Position numbers and translations under genes: made by a program. Positions 45,567 through 58,818 of a stretch of 64,000 nt of DNA are shown in pieces; the stretch's first letter is position 1; each line of letters begins with the position of its first letter. The notes below the pieces were generated by a model. That model saw nothing but the letters and a program-made list of their open reading frames with translations, ran no database searches and was not told the DNA's origin. Origin of the DNA: Cladosporium halotolerans (Eukaryota); contig NW_027191490.1 in assembly GCF_011745625.1 (NCBI RefSeq), forward strand, positions 62,001-126,000, given 5' to 3'.

Positions 45567-48500
45567 ATGGAAGTGTGGGAGAAGAGCGAGACGATAGACC
45601 CTGAGATCAGGGCCTGGGTCTACAGTCTCGTCACCGCCCTCGGTGGCCGCTCCACGTACGACGATTCCTACGGTAAGATGCTCGTTCCTGCGACCTTCAT
45701 GCAAACACACGCTGATAAAATGCAGCAATCGGCGACGATGCGCATGCGGTCCTGAAAGATCTTCTGCGATGGCTCCGACTTCACGACCTGCGAAGAAAGA
45801 GGTTCGACGTCCGACGATGCCTCGCGGAAGCGAACCTGGTGAAGGGAGACCTGTTGGAGATTCTGGCACAATTTCCTCAGAATGGCACGGCGAGCAAACT
45901 CAAGAGCAAGACAGCAGTCGCATGTCTCCAAGTACTGGCATGTCTGACGACGCCGGTGGAGGAGGACATCAAGGACGACGACAAAACTCGCAACTTCCAC
46001 CGACATGTGCCGTATCTCCAGTTGGCTCAAGTTGGCTACAAGCGTGCGCTTCTGCATTTCGAGAATGCCGACATATTGAGGGCAATTGTGAGAGTCGTTC
46101 TTCCAGGCATGGCACAGCCGAGAGCTGAGCGATCGCCGAATGAGAAGGCGATCATTGGGCTGTCGCTCACAATTCTCAAAAACGTTGCCATGATCACACA
46201 GCCGCAACATCTCCCCAGCCAGGGAGATGAGAACGAGATTACGCGATCGACTACAATTGAGATATTCCAGAAGCAGGATATCTTCAACTTCCTACTCACC
46301 CTGGGATCCGGAGCTGGAGACGAGTTCCAGGACGAAGTTCTCCAGCAGCTCGAAATCTTGTTCCACCTCCTTAAGGGTGTGAGCCCAAAGAGATTGTTTA
46401 TGGAAAAGCAGCAGGTGGCCAAGAATAACACGAAGGAGTTCAAGGATCTGCTGTCGAAAGAGAAATCGATGCTGGACAGCTACAAGAAGCACGCGCCGAC
46501 ACGACACAATCGATTTGGCACCATGGTCTGGGTAAAGCGCGATGACACTAATTTCTCGACCGTGACCGGACAGCACAGCATCACCAACGATCAACAGACC
46601 CTCTATCAGATGGATAAGAGCAAAAAGTGGGACAAGCCCAAATTTCGGGGCAAGAACACACCTGACGTGAACGAGCAACTTGACATCGGCGGGAGATGCG
46701 ACATCACGGAGTCGGCAGAGACAATCCTGAAGTCCTTCGTCGAAGACTTTCTGGATTCCTCTTTCAACCCTCTCTTCCTCGCTCTGCGAAAGCTCATTGA
46801 GCGCGACACCCAGGACGAGCGCCACACCGACGAGCACACCAAACAGTACTTCTACCTCATATCGTGGTTCCTCAGCGCCGCCACCGCCCGACACGAAGCT
46901 GTCGCAAAGGCGAATGGCCGAAACGTAACGGAAGCAAATTTGCAAGACAACAGCTACGCTTACATCGCCGCTGTACTGGATCAGGAGACTTTCGTCCTCC
47001 TTAACCGCTCAATGCAACACTTCCTCGATGACAAGAAGTGGCAGGTGGTGCAGAGCACGATGCTGGCTTTCACGCAGATCCTGCTCACGGTGCAGTCGAT
47101 GGCTGAGAGCAAGGACGAGGAAGACCAGGAGATCGCGGAGAATATCCAGAACCGCATTTTCTACGAGGAGTCGACGCACGAACGCATCTTGCAGCTTCTA
47201 AGAGGCTACAATCGCCAGGGTTTCGCTTACCTCGATGCTGTCACGGAATGCACGCACGTCTTTGTGCGCATGCTGGAGAGGTACAGCAAAGTCAACGTCG
47301 ATTTGCAGATCCGATCGAAGAGGCGCGCGAGACGAAAGCAAAAGCAGAAGCCCGACGCGGCCACAGGCGAAACTGCCGACGCGAACGAGGCCGACGAGGA
47401 AGCCGAGGAGGAGGAACGCGAAATCCACTTGGCAGCGTCGGAACGCAAGTTCGACTTCGCCAGATTCAGTGCCAAGTTCATGAACCAGAAGTGCGTCGAT
47501 ACATTCCTGTCGTTTCTCCATTTTTACGCCGATCTGTCGCCGGAACAGCTCAAGCGATGTCACCGCTACTTTTACCGCCTGGCCTTCAAAAACGAGCTCG
47601 CCGTCCTGCTCTTCCGAGTGGACATCCTTCTCCTCTTCCAGCGTCTGATCAAAGGTCCGGAAGGTCTGAGCCCCGCAATCGAGGGGTTCAAAGACTGGGA
47701 GGAGCTGGTCCGACAGATTTTCCGACGCTGCATTAAATGGGTTTCCAAGGACACCGAAGGCGAGGGTTGGAAGGAGGTGTGCATGATCGAGATGCTTTTC
47801 AGCAAGATCGGCGGCACCGTCTTCTACTTGCAGAACGGCTTTGACCGCGTCGTCGAGAAAGCTGCTCCTCGCCCGCCTGCGGAGCTGGATTTCAAGGCTA
47901 CTATCACAGAGGACCAGAAGCTCGGCGTTGCCGTCGGCGTCATGCTCGAGCACAACAAGGCCGACAGCGTCAGCTGGGTGCGAGAGGAAGTGATGCATGC
48001 CGCGGAAGAGCGCGAAGCGTGGGAGCAGATCGAGACGACGTCGAATGGACAAAACGGGGGGAACGAAATCGAACATGTGAAGCCCACAGCACCCAGCATC
48101 TTCCTCCAGCCTGGCGATTCAAAGGAGCGTAGACTCGCTCTTTTCAAGGATAAGCACCTCCGCCTCCTCCTCGCGACGCTGGGCTACGAACGCCTGGGCG
48201 TCGCGGAGGACACTGAAGCTTCCTGGCTGATGCCGAGCGAGGTGCCATCGGCAAAACTGTACGATCTCGTCTCGCAAATCCAGAAGGCTGAATTCGACCC
48301 TCCGACTTTCGACGGGAAATCCGCGACCGACATGACGAAGACTAAAGGCTCTTTCGTTCGCAACGAAACCGCGGGGCTCTTCGATGACGGTTACGACTCG
48401 GGCGTACACGAAAGTGACGCTGAGGCGCAAATGTTCCCTCCGAACTTGCGCGAGAAGCGCAAGGAACGCGGCGAGGACGAGGAGGAGCCGAAGAAAAAGC

Positions 48501-49201
48501 GCCGCTTGCAGCGCCGGAACGCGGAGGACGATCCTACGGAGTCGGAGGTTGAGAGGCGCGCGGAAAGCAGGAGGGAGAAAGAGCGGGAGCGCAATGCGAA
48601 GATCAAGAGCGCGCTGTTTATCACGGCTAGTGATGACGAGAGCGATGCCGAAGGCGACGCGGAGTTCTTCAGGTTGGAAGAGGAGAGGAGGCAGAAGATG
48701 AGGGGTGTTATTCGGAATCAGTTGCTGAAGGAGATGGATGAGGCGAAGACTGGGGGCAAGGGGAAGAAGGCTAAGAAGTCGGAGGTCAGGGCTAAGGCGA
48801 GGGAGGTGGCGAGGGCGCTGGGTGAAGATGAGAATGCGTTGATTGAGGGCGTGGTTTCAGACATGGATGATGTTGTTATCGGGGCGTCTGAGAAGCGTGC
48901 GGATGGTGGGAGGAAGTCGAATGGTGAGGACACGTCAGAGATGGATGAGGACGAAGAGGATGCGGAGGGCTCATCTGAGGAAAACGAAGACATGCGCTCA
49001 GCTTCACGTTCAGCAAGAGAGCAGTCAATGCCCTTGGCGGAGGCCTCGGGCAATGCCAGTACCGCGACGAAGAACGATGCGCCCGACAAGGCTGGTGGGG
49101 ACGGAGAAGATGACGAGGAAGAAGCGCCGGTGAGCAAGAGACCGCCGGCTAGGAGGCTGAGGGCGGGTTTTGTGTTGGATGACAGCGATGAGGATGAATA
49201 G
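45567..49201 (+). CDS. TOF1: Replication fork protection complex subunit Tof1/Swi1/Timeless
   Basis: IRAWVYSLVTALGG, intron 45673-45725, LKDLLRWL..., TRHNRFGT, FLDSSFNPLF, AENIQNRIFYEE; acidic disordered C-terminus. Confidence 0.92.
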
Positions 49202-49792
49202 AACTCACCGCTGGATTGCTGATATACATACGTATGCATGAGGATATGCGCTGAACACCGAGCCACGTGCAGTGCCATATATGCTCACGGAGTCGTCTAT
49301 TCTCACTAATAAAATTGTAGGCTTGCTCGTCAGGCTGTTGCGGTCCTAAGCGGTCAGGCTGTCACTCTCGACAACCTGCTAGTCCGTCGCACGTCTCATA
49401 ACACCCGTATATCAATGGAACGCCTCACTCGCCGTCGTCCACGCAACGCGCCTCAGGCAGTACAGACGGGACTTGTCTTACAGTGCGGAGAAGCGTTGCC
49501 GTATGCAGCGCACGGACCGCCCGTTTTCCCCAGCCCCCAATTGGCGCACGGTATGACGAAGGCGCGCGCGACGCAGGGCAGGGCAGGCGCAAGCTCGACC
49601 CAGCTCCGCCAGACCTCACCTTCTCTTCCCGTTGCGCCTGCTCTCTTCCCACAACACACACCTCACTACACCTCACCTCACTTACCTTACTCGCTGCGCA
49701 CCGCACACGCGACTGCGATTGTTCGACTTTCCGCCTTATTCCTTGCGCTGCGATTTATAACCGAGCTCACGCGCGCCACGACCACTACCACA

Positions 49793-50756
49793 ATGGCTGA
49801 CACCGAGATCAAGGAGGGCGACAAGGGTATGCGAATCTTCCATCTTGCTTCTGACATGACTGAGGCGCGCAATTCTCGCGATTTCCCGGCGAATGCTGCG
49901 CGGTGAGGCGTTGGTCGCTTGCGATCACGCGTCGCCCGTCGAACGCCAAGCCATTTCCATGCGCGTCGTTACGATTCGCAACTGGCCAAACGCGCATCAA
50001 AGGGATCGTCGCTCATCGATTTCCATCGATTTCCGATCGATTCGCGTTTTATCGCGACTTGAATCGCGTTTTCCGGGCCAGTCAGCATCGCGCGCAACGA
50101 CGTCATCGCTCAATCGCTATCGCGACTCCGGTCGCATTTGCAAGGAACGCATCGCTGACGAACTAGCAGTCTCCTGGCAATGGGGCGGCGGCGCGCCCGG
50201 CGGCACCGCTAGCCAGGTCGCTACCGAGGGCGAGCTGAAGATGGAGACCAAGAGCGGCAACGAGGTCAAGAAGAACGCCGACCCGGAGAACCCGGCTGTG
50301 CGTGTCGAGCGTAGCGGCCATGACGTTGTGAAGCGCGCGAGCGAGCTGGACGTTGAGGAGGAGGGCCCTAAGCACAAGGATGGTGAGGACAAGAAGGATG
50401 AGGGCGAGAAGAACGGCGAGGAGAAGAATGGCGAGGAGAAGGATGAGGCCAAGTCGGACGAGAAAAAGGATGATGAGGAGAAGAAGGGTGACAAGCAGGA
50501 GAAGGCTACCAATGGCGACGCCTCGACTGGTGACAAGCGCAAGGCTGAGGACGAGAAGAAGGACGACAAGGCCGACGGCGAGAAAGGCGAGAAGGCCGAG
50601 GGGCCCAAAGAGAACGGCGACCAGCCTCCGCCCAAGAAGAAGGGCAGGCCTGCCAAGAACTCCAACGCCCCTAAGGCTGAGAAGCCTAAGAAGGAGCCCA
50701 AGAAGGCTGCCACTGAGACTGGCGAGCCCAGGCGCTCCGGCCGCAACAGGAGTTAA
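49793..50756 (+). CDS. DUF2945/HVA1-like (Tudor-like) protein with K/E/D-rich tail
   Basis: MADTEIKEGDK|VSWQWGGG...NADPENPAV...DVVKRASEL; intron 49827-50169; KKKGRPAK AT-hook/NLS-like motif. Confidence 0.75.
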
Positions 50757-51072
50757 GCATAGCTGTCGACATGAAAAACCGATCTTGACGCAAGCCTGAG
50801 AGTATGCTGGTAACAGCACATCAGACTCGCGCTATCGAACAGACAGCGGACGAATAGGCGGCAATGTGTTTCTGGGGCGCGTGGTACTGCCGAACAAGGC
50901 CGGATGGGAATTGGCGGGGAATGGAGAAAATTGTTTCTTGTCTTCTTGGATTCCCGGTGCGAGTGTAAATTAGTCTTTTCGAGGTGCCTCATTCTTGCGG
51001 GCACCAGGCGCACAAAAGTGTTCATCCCGTTGTGTCCTCTCGCTCTCCCTCTCATCTCACCTCTGGCCCGAC

Positions 51073-51609
51073 CTAAGAACCCAAAGGCGCAACAAAACAC
51101 ACAGCCTCCATCCTTGTCCTCATTCCGTCCCCACCCTCATACCCATACATGCTCCTCCCAAACTCCTCCCATCCCTCTCGCACATATAATCTCATAGCCG
51201 CCTGATCCTTCACCAACGCAAACAACACAGCCTTTAATCCCCTGTGCCCCGCCTCCGCAACGGCAACCCCCATCAACCGCCCCGCTAACCCCTCCCCTCG
51301 CGCGCTAGGATCAACAAACAGCCTCTCCAGCACAGCTATCGGCTCAGAGCGATTCTGAGCTTTCCACAGCGCGACGGCTGGATCGGAGGGCGAAGGAGAA
51401 GAGAGCGCCACATGCCCGATTATTTCCCCGGAAGGCCGGATGGCTACCCAGACGCAGAGCGTCGAGGGCGAAGAGAGAAAGGCTTCGGCGTGCTGCACGC
51501 CTTGTACTGGGTAGCTGTCACGGGCGTGGACTTTTGCGAGCAAGGTGGCGGTTTTGGGGAGGTCGGTGGGGTCGCGGGGGCGGATTGTGGTGGTGGATTT
51601 GGGCTGCAT
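51073..51609 (-). CDS. GNAT-family N-acetyltransferase
   Basis: IIGHVAL, LERLFVDPSARGEGLAGRLM acetyl-CoA motif A, AAMRLYVREGW. Confidence 0.85.
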   Translation of the reverse strand: MQPKSTTTIRPRDPTDLPKTATLLAKVHARDSYPVQGVQHAEAFLSSPSTLCVWVAIRPSGEIIGHVALSSPSPSDPAVALWKAQNRSEPIAVLERLFVDPSARGEGLAGRLMGVAVAEAGHRGLKAVLFALVKDQAAMRLYVREGWEEFGRSMYGYEGGDGMRTRMEAVCFVAPLGS

Positions 51610-52165
51610 GGTTTCTTTATTTGTTTTTCTTGTTTCCTGTTCTTTGCAGGTGGCTTTCAGGTTTGTTGCTGGAGTCGCGGATATGAGCTTGAGGCCGTTT
51701 GTAGAGAAACAAAAATTTTTCTGGACACGTCGCGCGATAACTTCCTTTCTGCGGAGGTTCGCTCTTCGGGTTATATTGACCCTGTTGTTTTTATTGGCAC
51801 TCGTCAGCGGTACATAATCGATGTGGTCAAACCGCAAGTCACGTATACTGGAGGTTGGTGGTGGTCTCGTGTAGCGGATTTGCTCCACGCAGTCATCGCC
51901 ACCGCACGCATGAACGCTAGTCGAGCAACGAAATTGCACAGACGCATATGAGAACTCCATGACCACGTGAAACCGGAACGTCTTGACTGTGTCGTACCCA
52001 GATTGCCGATCTAGGCTCTCCATGGGTGCAGTGATGTTTTATGCTGAGCATGAAAATACAAAGAACAGGGCTGGCTCTCGACAAGCCAGTGCTGTCATGG
52101 AATCCGACGGCCATGCATCATGATGTTTCAGAAGCCAATCTAAAAACCTATCAAATCTCACCAAC

Positions 52166-53972
52166 TCAGGCTTCTTCACTTCCCTCGTCCCCGACCCCAG
52201 CAACGTGCATCTTCGCTTTCCTCTCCCTTTCCAGGAAAGCCTCCTGCTCCACCCGACTCTTCCCCAAGTCCACGAAAAACAGCAAAAACAGGAAACTAGC
52301 CAAACTCAGCCCGAACAGGAAGTAAAACGGCATGCTGTTGTTGCCCGAGGGACTGGCGTCGATGATCGCGGACGACACCAGGGGCCCGATGAACGACGAC
52401 GCTTTGCCCACGATGCTGAACAGGCTGAAGAAGAGGAACTCTTTGCCGCGCGGGGTTACTTCGCTGATCATTGTTTGGCTGTAGCTGTACCAGGGGCAGA
52501 CTAGGAGGCCGTAGAAGGCTTGGTAGAGCCAGACTGTGGGTTAGAGTGTTAGCAGGGCATGGTTAGAATGACGAGAGATGGGGTGAGCCTTACCCTCCCA
52601 GACATTGTGGAAGCCGAACTTCTGCGTCCAGATCCCGACCATTCCCCAGGCGTCTAGCAGGATGATCGCCACGGCTACGGCGTTGAACATTGTCTTCGTC
52701 GACAGGCTGTAGCGTTTTTGGATGTGCCAGAAACTGAAGATTCCGACCGCTTGGGCCCCGATGCCGACGATGAGAAGGTATGTCAGGTCGAGGGTGTTGT
52801 AGGCTACGATGCTGTTCTGGAGGGTTCCGATCACGGTAACGGTGGTGTTGAGGGAGTCGCCCAGGAGGAAATAGCCTGATCTTCAATTAGCACAAAACAA
52901 GCAACAATTCTGCTCACCACCAAACTTACCAATGAGATAAAACAGACTCTGCTTCAGCTGCCAAATCTGCGTCACAGCCCTCCACAGCTGCCAGAATCCC
53001 GCAAGCACAATGTTCATCCCGGGATCCTGCCCCGGCCGCCTCTTCTCTAGCACAAACCACGGCACCGCCAGCAGCAGCCACACGCCCGTCGCGAACGCAA
53101 TCAACACGCTCAGACCCTCATTGTTCCTTGCCTCACTATCGTTGACTCTCAACCCGAACATGATCCCGACGATCACCGCCAAGATCACAATCTCACCCAG
53201 CGACTGGATATAAAACGCCGTATTCGCCAGCTCATTGCGCTTCATCGAGTCCGCAAAGTCGTACTCCTCCCTGCTCGCGTCGCCCGCCTCGTACGACTGC
53301 GCCTGCTCCCGCAACTCTTTCGTGTTCCTCGCCAGGCCCGGGAACGCCGCCGTCCAGTACGTCAGGCACAGCTGGTACGCCACCAGACCGACGATGTACA
53401 GCCCCAGCCCGGTCTGCCACTGCGACTCATCGTGCACGCCTAGCCAGCCGAAGCCGATTCCGAAGGCGACTATGCTCAGCGCGATGAGGATGTTGGGCCG
53501 GAAGGAGCCGAAGTCGGCGTACGCGCCGATGAGCAGGAGGACGGCGATCTGGATCGCGAAGGAGATGCCGTTGCAGAGGAGGATTATGCTGTTTGTTGTG
53601 CGGTTTGAGCCGGCGAAGAAGACGGTCGTGTTGTCTGGGCCGCCGATGGCGGTTGCGTGTTGGCTGAGGAGGTTTTGAGACGCGGTTGGGGCGAAGTTGA
53701 AGAGGTGGAGGCCCTGGGAGTCTGTCAGTTTGGTGCCGAGTCGTTGGTTGTGATTTTTTACTTACGTTGTTGCCAATGTAGTAGGAGTAATACGACCACA
53801 GCTCATACTTGCCCGTCTGGTATTTCTGGTCGAATTGGTCGGGCGCCACGGGTTTCTTGTCCGTCTCGACTATGGAGCCCTCCGAATCGCGTACTTGTAT
53901 GTCGTTCTTGATTGCGTCTTCTGCGTTTCCGCCAACCATTGTGGGCGCCGGGCCCACATCATTGGCGGCCAT
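52166..53972 (-). CDS. ATG22: Atg22-family vacuolar amino-acid efflux MFS protein
   Basis: ELWSYYSYYIGNN, YWTAAFPGLARN, EKRRPG, GDSLNTTVTVI, SEVTPRGKEFLFFSLFSIVGK; three introns. Confidence 0.85.
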
Positions 53973-55378
53973 TGCGAGCCGAGGATGGTCTCCAGAAGTA
54001 GACTTGCCCGGTCGGCATACGAGTGACGGGGATCGTGAGGAGAGGAATGTTGGATATCTTGGGTGTATCGTACTCAAATAATGTACCTCACAGTGAAGAG
54101 CACAAAGTTGAATGCGGCAGTAAAAACCGAGGCCAAGGACGATAAGATAGAAGAGATAGAGACAGACGGAGGTAATAATACCTTATGCGAGCAAGGAAAG
54201 GGAAACGGCTGAGAGACTTACGGTGTTAGCTGAGCACTAGCCCGCCTCACAAACGGGACCCCAATGCGCGAATTGCACTCTAGACCACGCGAGGGCGGGC
54301 GAGAAGTGGGTTGTGAGTTCGCGATAGCGCAGTGGTTACAGGCACGACAGGGACTTTTCGCGCGCTTGCGGAGGGCGCGAGTGGAGACTTTGCACTTGTC
54401 CCCGCGTCCCGCGTCCAAGCTTTGGCGTGGCGCGAGATAAGCTTTCCGTCGCATGGCCATTCACAACGTGAGCGTGAAGAAGGTCGGCACAAGGGTCCGG
54501 ATATGCGTGTGGACTTTGTTGCCCGTTAAGAATGCGAGCATGGGCTGCACTGAATGGCGATATCCAGACGTTTAGAGTCCCTCCGTATATTTAGCAGGAG
54601 ATGCTCACTGGCTAATGACGGATCGGAAGTTCGGCTTTCGGCGACCGATCAGAAGCCGCCTGCGGAGGTTCGTCCGTCAACATCCAAATCCGTTACCTTA
54701 CACCGCAGAGCAGACGACACCCGTGGCCGATCACAGCAAATCACTCCACAGAAAAAACACGTACGCCAAATCAGCTATCTTCCGACCTTGGAACCCTTAT
54801 CAAAACACTGCAAGGATTACCGCGCAGCCTTCAGCGTCGCACCTCACTTCTATGTGTTCCAAACAGCCCTTCCATCGCATCCCCAGCTCATGTCGTCCGC
54901 GTGGAAACTCGCAGTGCACAAGAGAGCATCGGTCTTCTGCCAAAAGCACCCTACGAGATGTTGGAAAAGACGTATTGCCGCTGTGGGAAAAGAGCTGATA
55001 TGGGGTGGGTGGTTGGCTGTCCGTGAGAGCAGATGAGCTACGTGTGGGCGTGCGCTTTGCAAGAGGGGAGAATTTCGCGTGCGCGCTCTACAAAAAATGG
55101 GTATCGGAAGCACCAATTGCAGTCAAATTGCGGAAGGAAAGGTAGGCTTTGCGCAACGCTAGCAACACTCCAAGATACAGGGCGAGCCGTTCGGGACGCA
55201 AGAGAAAGAGCAAGGTCTCCAAAAAGAAAAAGCGAGGGTATCCATTAACGTTATATCGAAGCGACTGGCTCGTAACAACAGCAGCGCTGCCAACAGAAAA
55301 GAGTAGCAAAAGATCTATGCACACATCCCGCCCACACCTCTGGACTCTCTACCTCCACCACACTCGGACACCAACAGT

Positions 55379-57305
55379 CTAGTAACCGGGAGCGTTGAGG
55401 GTGATGCCCATAAGAATACCACCGATGAGACCGGCGATGGGGATGGTCATGACCCAGGAGAAGAACAGGAGGCCGACACGCTGCCAGTTGACGGCTTTGA
55501 AGGTGCCGTTGCAGAGGCCCACGCCGACGGTCGCGCCGGTGATGCACATCGAGGTCGACACGGGCAGCTTGTACTGCGAGAAGATCAGGATGGTGATGGC
55601 CGCGCCCATTTCCATGGACGAGCCGCGGGAGGGGGAGTGGTAGGTGATCTTGTTGCCCATGACTAAAAGGAGTTAGTGGATTGCCTTGCAACGGGTGAGA
55701 CTGGTGGAGGAGCTTACCTCGCATGATGTTGTAACCGTAAGTGATGAAACCGAAGCAGATCGTCAGAGCGATGACGGCGATCTGCCACAGAGGGACAGGG
55801 GCCTTGGAACCGACAGTCTCGCCAGTCGACCAAGCGGAGTACATGGCAGCCCAGACACCGACGGCGTTTCCGACATCGTTGGCACCGTGCGCGAAGGAAG
55901 CAGTGCAGGCCGTGATGATCTGCACGAAGGAGTAGAGGTACTCGACTTCGTTGCTGTACTTGGGCGCGTGCGAGTACACGCGGTCCATACGGCGGCCTTC
56001 AGGAGTTCCGAGAACGCCGACCTGAGCACGGTGGATATCGTAAGACATGCCGTAGAGGGCGCCGACGACGATCTGAGCTGGGATGCGGACGAGGGTGGCC
56101 TTGAGGTTGTGGAGCTCGTAGATGGAACCGGCACCGAGCTGGTTGTTGTGCAGAGTGCGCATGGCCCAGCCGAGAGGTCCCTTCTTCTGCCTGAGTTCCT
56201 CGTGGTGCTGCTCACGGGCCTGAGCCAACAAGAGACGGTAGGCCTCGCGCGGGTTCTCGTGGAGGGGAGCGGGCCTCTCCTCAGAAGAAGTGTCGACGTC
56301 GACGACGGTGATCTCCTTGGTGTCGGCGTCGGACATGGCAGCCTCGGCCTTCGCGCCCGGACGCTTGATGTCACCGCTGTGCTGGACGACGGCGTAGTTG
56401 GGGACCTGAGCGAACTCGGCATCGGCGGGGGCAACCCTCTTTAAGAGGAGAGGACCCTGGAAGAAATCCCAGAGCTTGAGGGTGTAGTCCTTCTTGATCA
56501 CCTTGGCGTGAACGAAGGGAACGAAGAAGAAGGCGGACAGGACGAAGAGACCGAAGCCCACGCCGAGAGTGACCGAAGCAATGTACCAAGCAGGCTTGTC
56601 AGACAGGCCAAGCCTTGGCGAACCCTTGTAAACGACGGACAGGGTGCAGATCGTGCCGGCGATGAGGAAGAAGAAGGGCGAGGTCCAAACGGCCCAGGGC
56701 ACAGGGTCGCGACGGACGTGGACCACGAACTTGATCAGGGAGAAGATCACCGAGCCGAAGATACCGGACGCGATCGGGGCCATGCAGAGACCGGCAAAGA
56801 TGGCTCCAAGGCCGGAGCCACCGTTCCATCCCCACTCGACCTTGCTGGCGCCGACGGCAGCGACACCGACACCGGCGATGGAAGAAACCAGAGAGTAGGT
56901 CGAAGAAACGTGGGCGGAGTTGCGTGTACACCACATGACCCAGATGGCAGCACCAGCGGACGCGCAAGTGAATGCGAGGAGCTGGACACCGGCATTACCG
57001 TTGAAGGCGGCGATGGGGATGATACCGTTCTTGATGGTGGAGGCAGTCCTGGCACCGACAGTGAGGGCACCGGTCAACTCGAAGATCAGGCAGAGAACCA
57101 TGGCCTGCTGGTAGGTGACGGAGCGAGAGGAAACACTGGTGGCCCAGGCGTTGGCAACATCGTCTGTGAAGATTGGTCAGGATCGATGATCGATCGTACA
57201 ACGATTAGCGAGGGTCGAGGAGAACGTACTGGCACCATTGTTGTAGGCCTCAAGCAGGGCGAAGAAGGTGCCGATGGCGAAGACGTAGGTGTATTCGGTG
57301 AGCAT
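55379..57305 (-). CDS. PHO89: PiT-family Na+/phosphate symporter (Pho89/pho-4)
   Basis: MLTEYTYVFAIG..., two GANDV signatures (one split by intron ~57229-57164), HVSSTYS, PVSTS; second intron ~55718-55663. Confidence 0.93.
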
Positions 57306-57601
57306 CTTGGCTGCTGCGGTACAGGCGGTGCACTGCGAGAGCTGATGGGCCGATGGCTGTGGTCGGTGCTGGTCACAGAGAAACGAGCGAGGGAGACGAC
57401 GGCCGGGTGGTGAAGATATAGTGCCCAGGAAAGTCTGATACGGGCGGTGCAGAGTCGAGTCCTCAGGCCTAGCGCCAGTGAGGGACTTACCGGCTTTGGT
57501 CGTGTCCCTCTACGACCCAAGACGGCGGAGGTCTTGGAAGGGCATCTTGACTGGTATTGCTTGCGCCATGGGCAGCGAATGTGAGGCCCAACAAGCCGTG
57601 C

Positions 57602-58191
57602 CCTGGCGGCTTGGGACTTGGCTGCGCTGCATGCCAAGGACGTTCCAGAACGACGAGATTTGCTTGTCGCGAGGCGTGGCGAGCTTCGCGCTGGTCTTGT
57701 CTGCGGATGTCTTGGGAGCAGCGGAAGGACACGTGAGGTCGCAAGTGATGTTGCTCTTCTCTGTCTTCGACCACGTCGACTATACCACCGCGACACGCCC
57801 ACACTGCAGCAGGACACGCGCAACCCGCACGACGAGGCTTGCAGGCGGCCGGCGATGGGCGCTGGCGGTGCCTTGGGGCATTCGTTAGTCTTTCAGCCAG
57901 CCGATGTCAAAATGGCGTTGGCGGCCTCAGCCCGGCCTCTCCGCAAAACGCGCCCTCTGAGGCACCCCCCCACGTGTGGGATTGCCGCCCCGCCATTGGC
58001 CCGCTGTATAACAGATGAACTCGCGTGGTTGAACAGGGCTCGAGCACTCGAGCACGCGAGACAACGCTGCACTCGCCTCGACACACGCCTCGACACGCTG
58101 CCCTCCGAGCCCTCCCACGTTGCCATCCACGCCCTCCCACGTTGCCATCCACGCCCTCCCACGTTGCCATCCACGCCCTCCCTGTGCCAAG
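57602..58191. promoter_or_regulatory. Candidate PacC (GCCARG) and Pho4/NUC-1 (CACGTG/CACGTT) sites upstream of PHO89
   Basis: CCTGGC 57602, CTTGGC 57617, GCCAAG 57633 and 58186; CACGTG 57730 and 57971; CACGTT x3 in the tandem repeat. Confidence 0.6.
58109..58182. repeat. 22-bp minisatellite GCCCTCCCACGTTGCCATCCAC x3.4
   Basis: Three perfect copies at 58109, 58131 and 58153, plus an 8-bp partial. Confidence 0.95.
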
Positions 58192-58818
58192 CACATCGCT
58201 CGTTCTGGAAGGCCGCGCTGACTTTTCCAACGCCTCTCCCGCCTCGCCGTCGACCAAAGCGAAACTGACCTCCGGACCACAGGCGTTGCAGGATGCAGCC
58301 ATGTGCTTGACCATCGCCACGCCCAGCTTGTGTATCACCTCTGCAGGGTCTACCGGACCCCGCCGCCGACCTGGGGTGTAAGCAAGCGTTCTTGGGACCG
58401 AGGCTTACAACGTTTCTTATTCCCCGGAGGATTGTCTCCATTCATCTGGTGCTGCCGAGAATGTCTGGCCACTCACTTCGTGCAAAGTCATCCCGCCGGG
58501 CTATTGGGACGTATTGCTCGACAAAGACCATCCAATCGATAGTTAGATCGACTAAGAGCCTCTGGACAGCAAACCTGGACCAACATTCCAAATGGACCGC
58601 GGGTTTGCTGTGGCGCCTCTGCTAACGAACGCCTCAGGAGTTTGTCTGTTCAATTCGACGACGCCTCTTTGCTTTGACTTTTCATCCTGCAGCCGCATCA
58701 CATGAGCAACAAAATTTCTTTTGTCCTCCTTCCTAATACTGGAATGATTCAGACCTATGCCCGGCCCCAACGGCCCAAATTGCTCTCTCGCATAGTGCTC
58801 CAGCACACCCTCCGCATC

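Noticed and set aside
51073..51609. GNAT as the cluster's missing N5-hydroxyornithine acetyltransferase
   Set aside because: Small generic GNAT without recognisable SidL/SidF/IucB features; separated from sidA by housekeeping genes; no ATCWGATAA seen upstream
55686..57413. Long antisense ORFs over PHO89 (similarly over TOF1, the HVA1-like gene and AA9)
   Set aside because: Shadow ORFs caused by high GC3 codon bias; no recognisable domains
58109..58182. CRISPR-like repeats
   Set aside because: Tandem units without spacers, eukaryotic context, no cas genes
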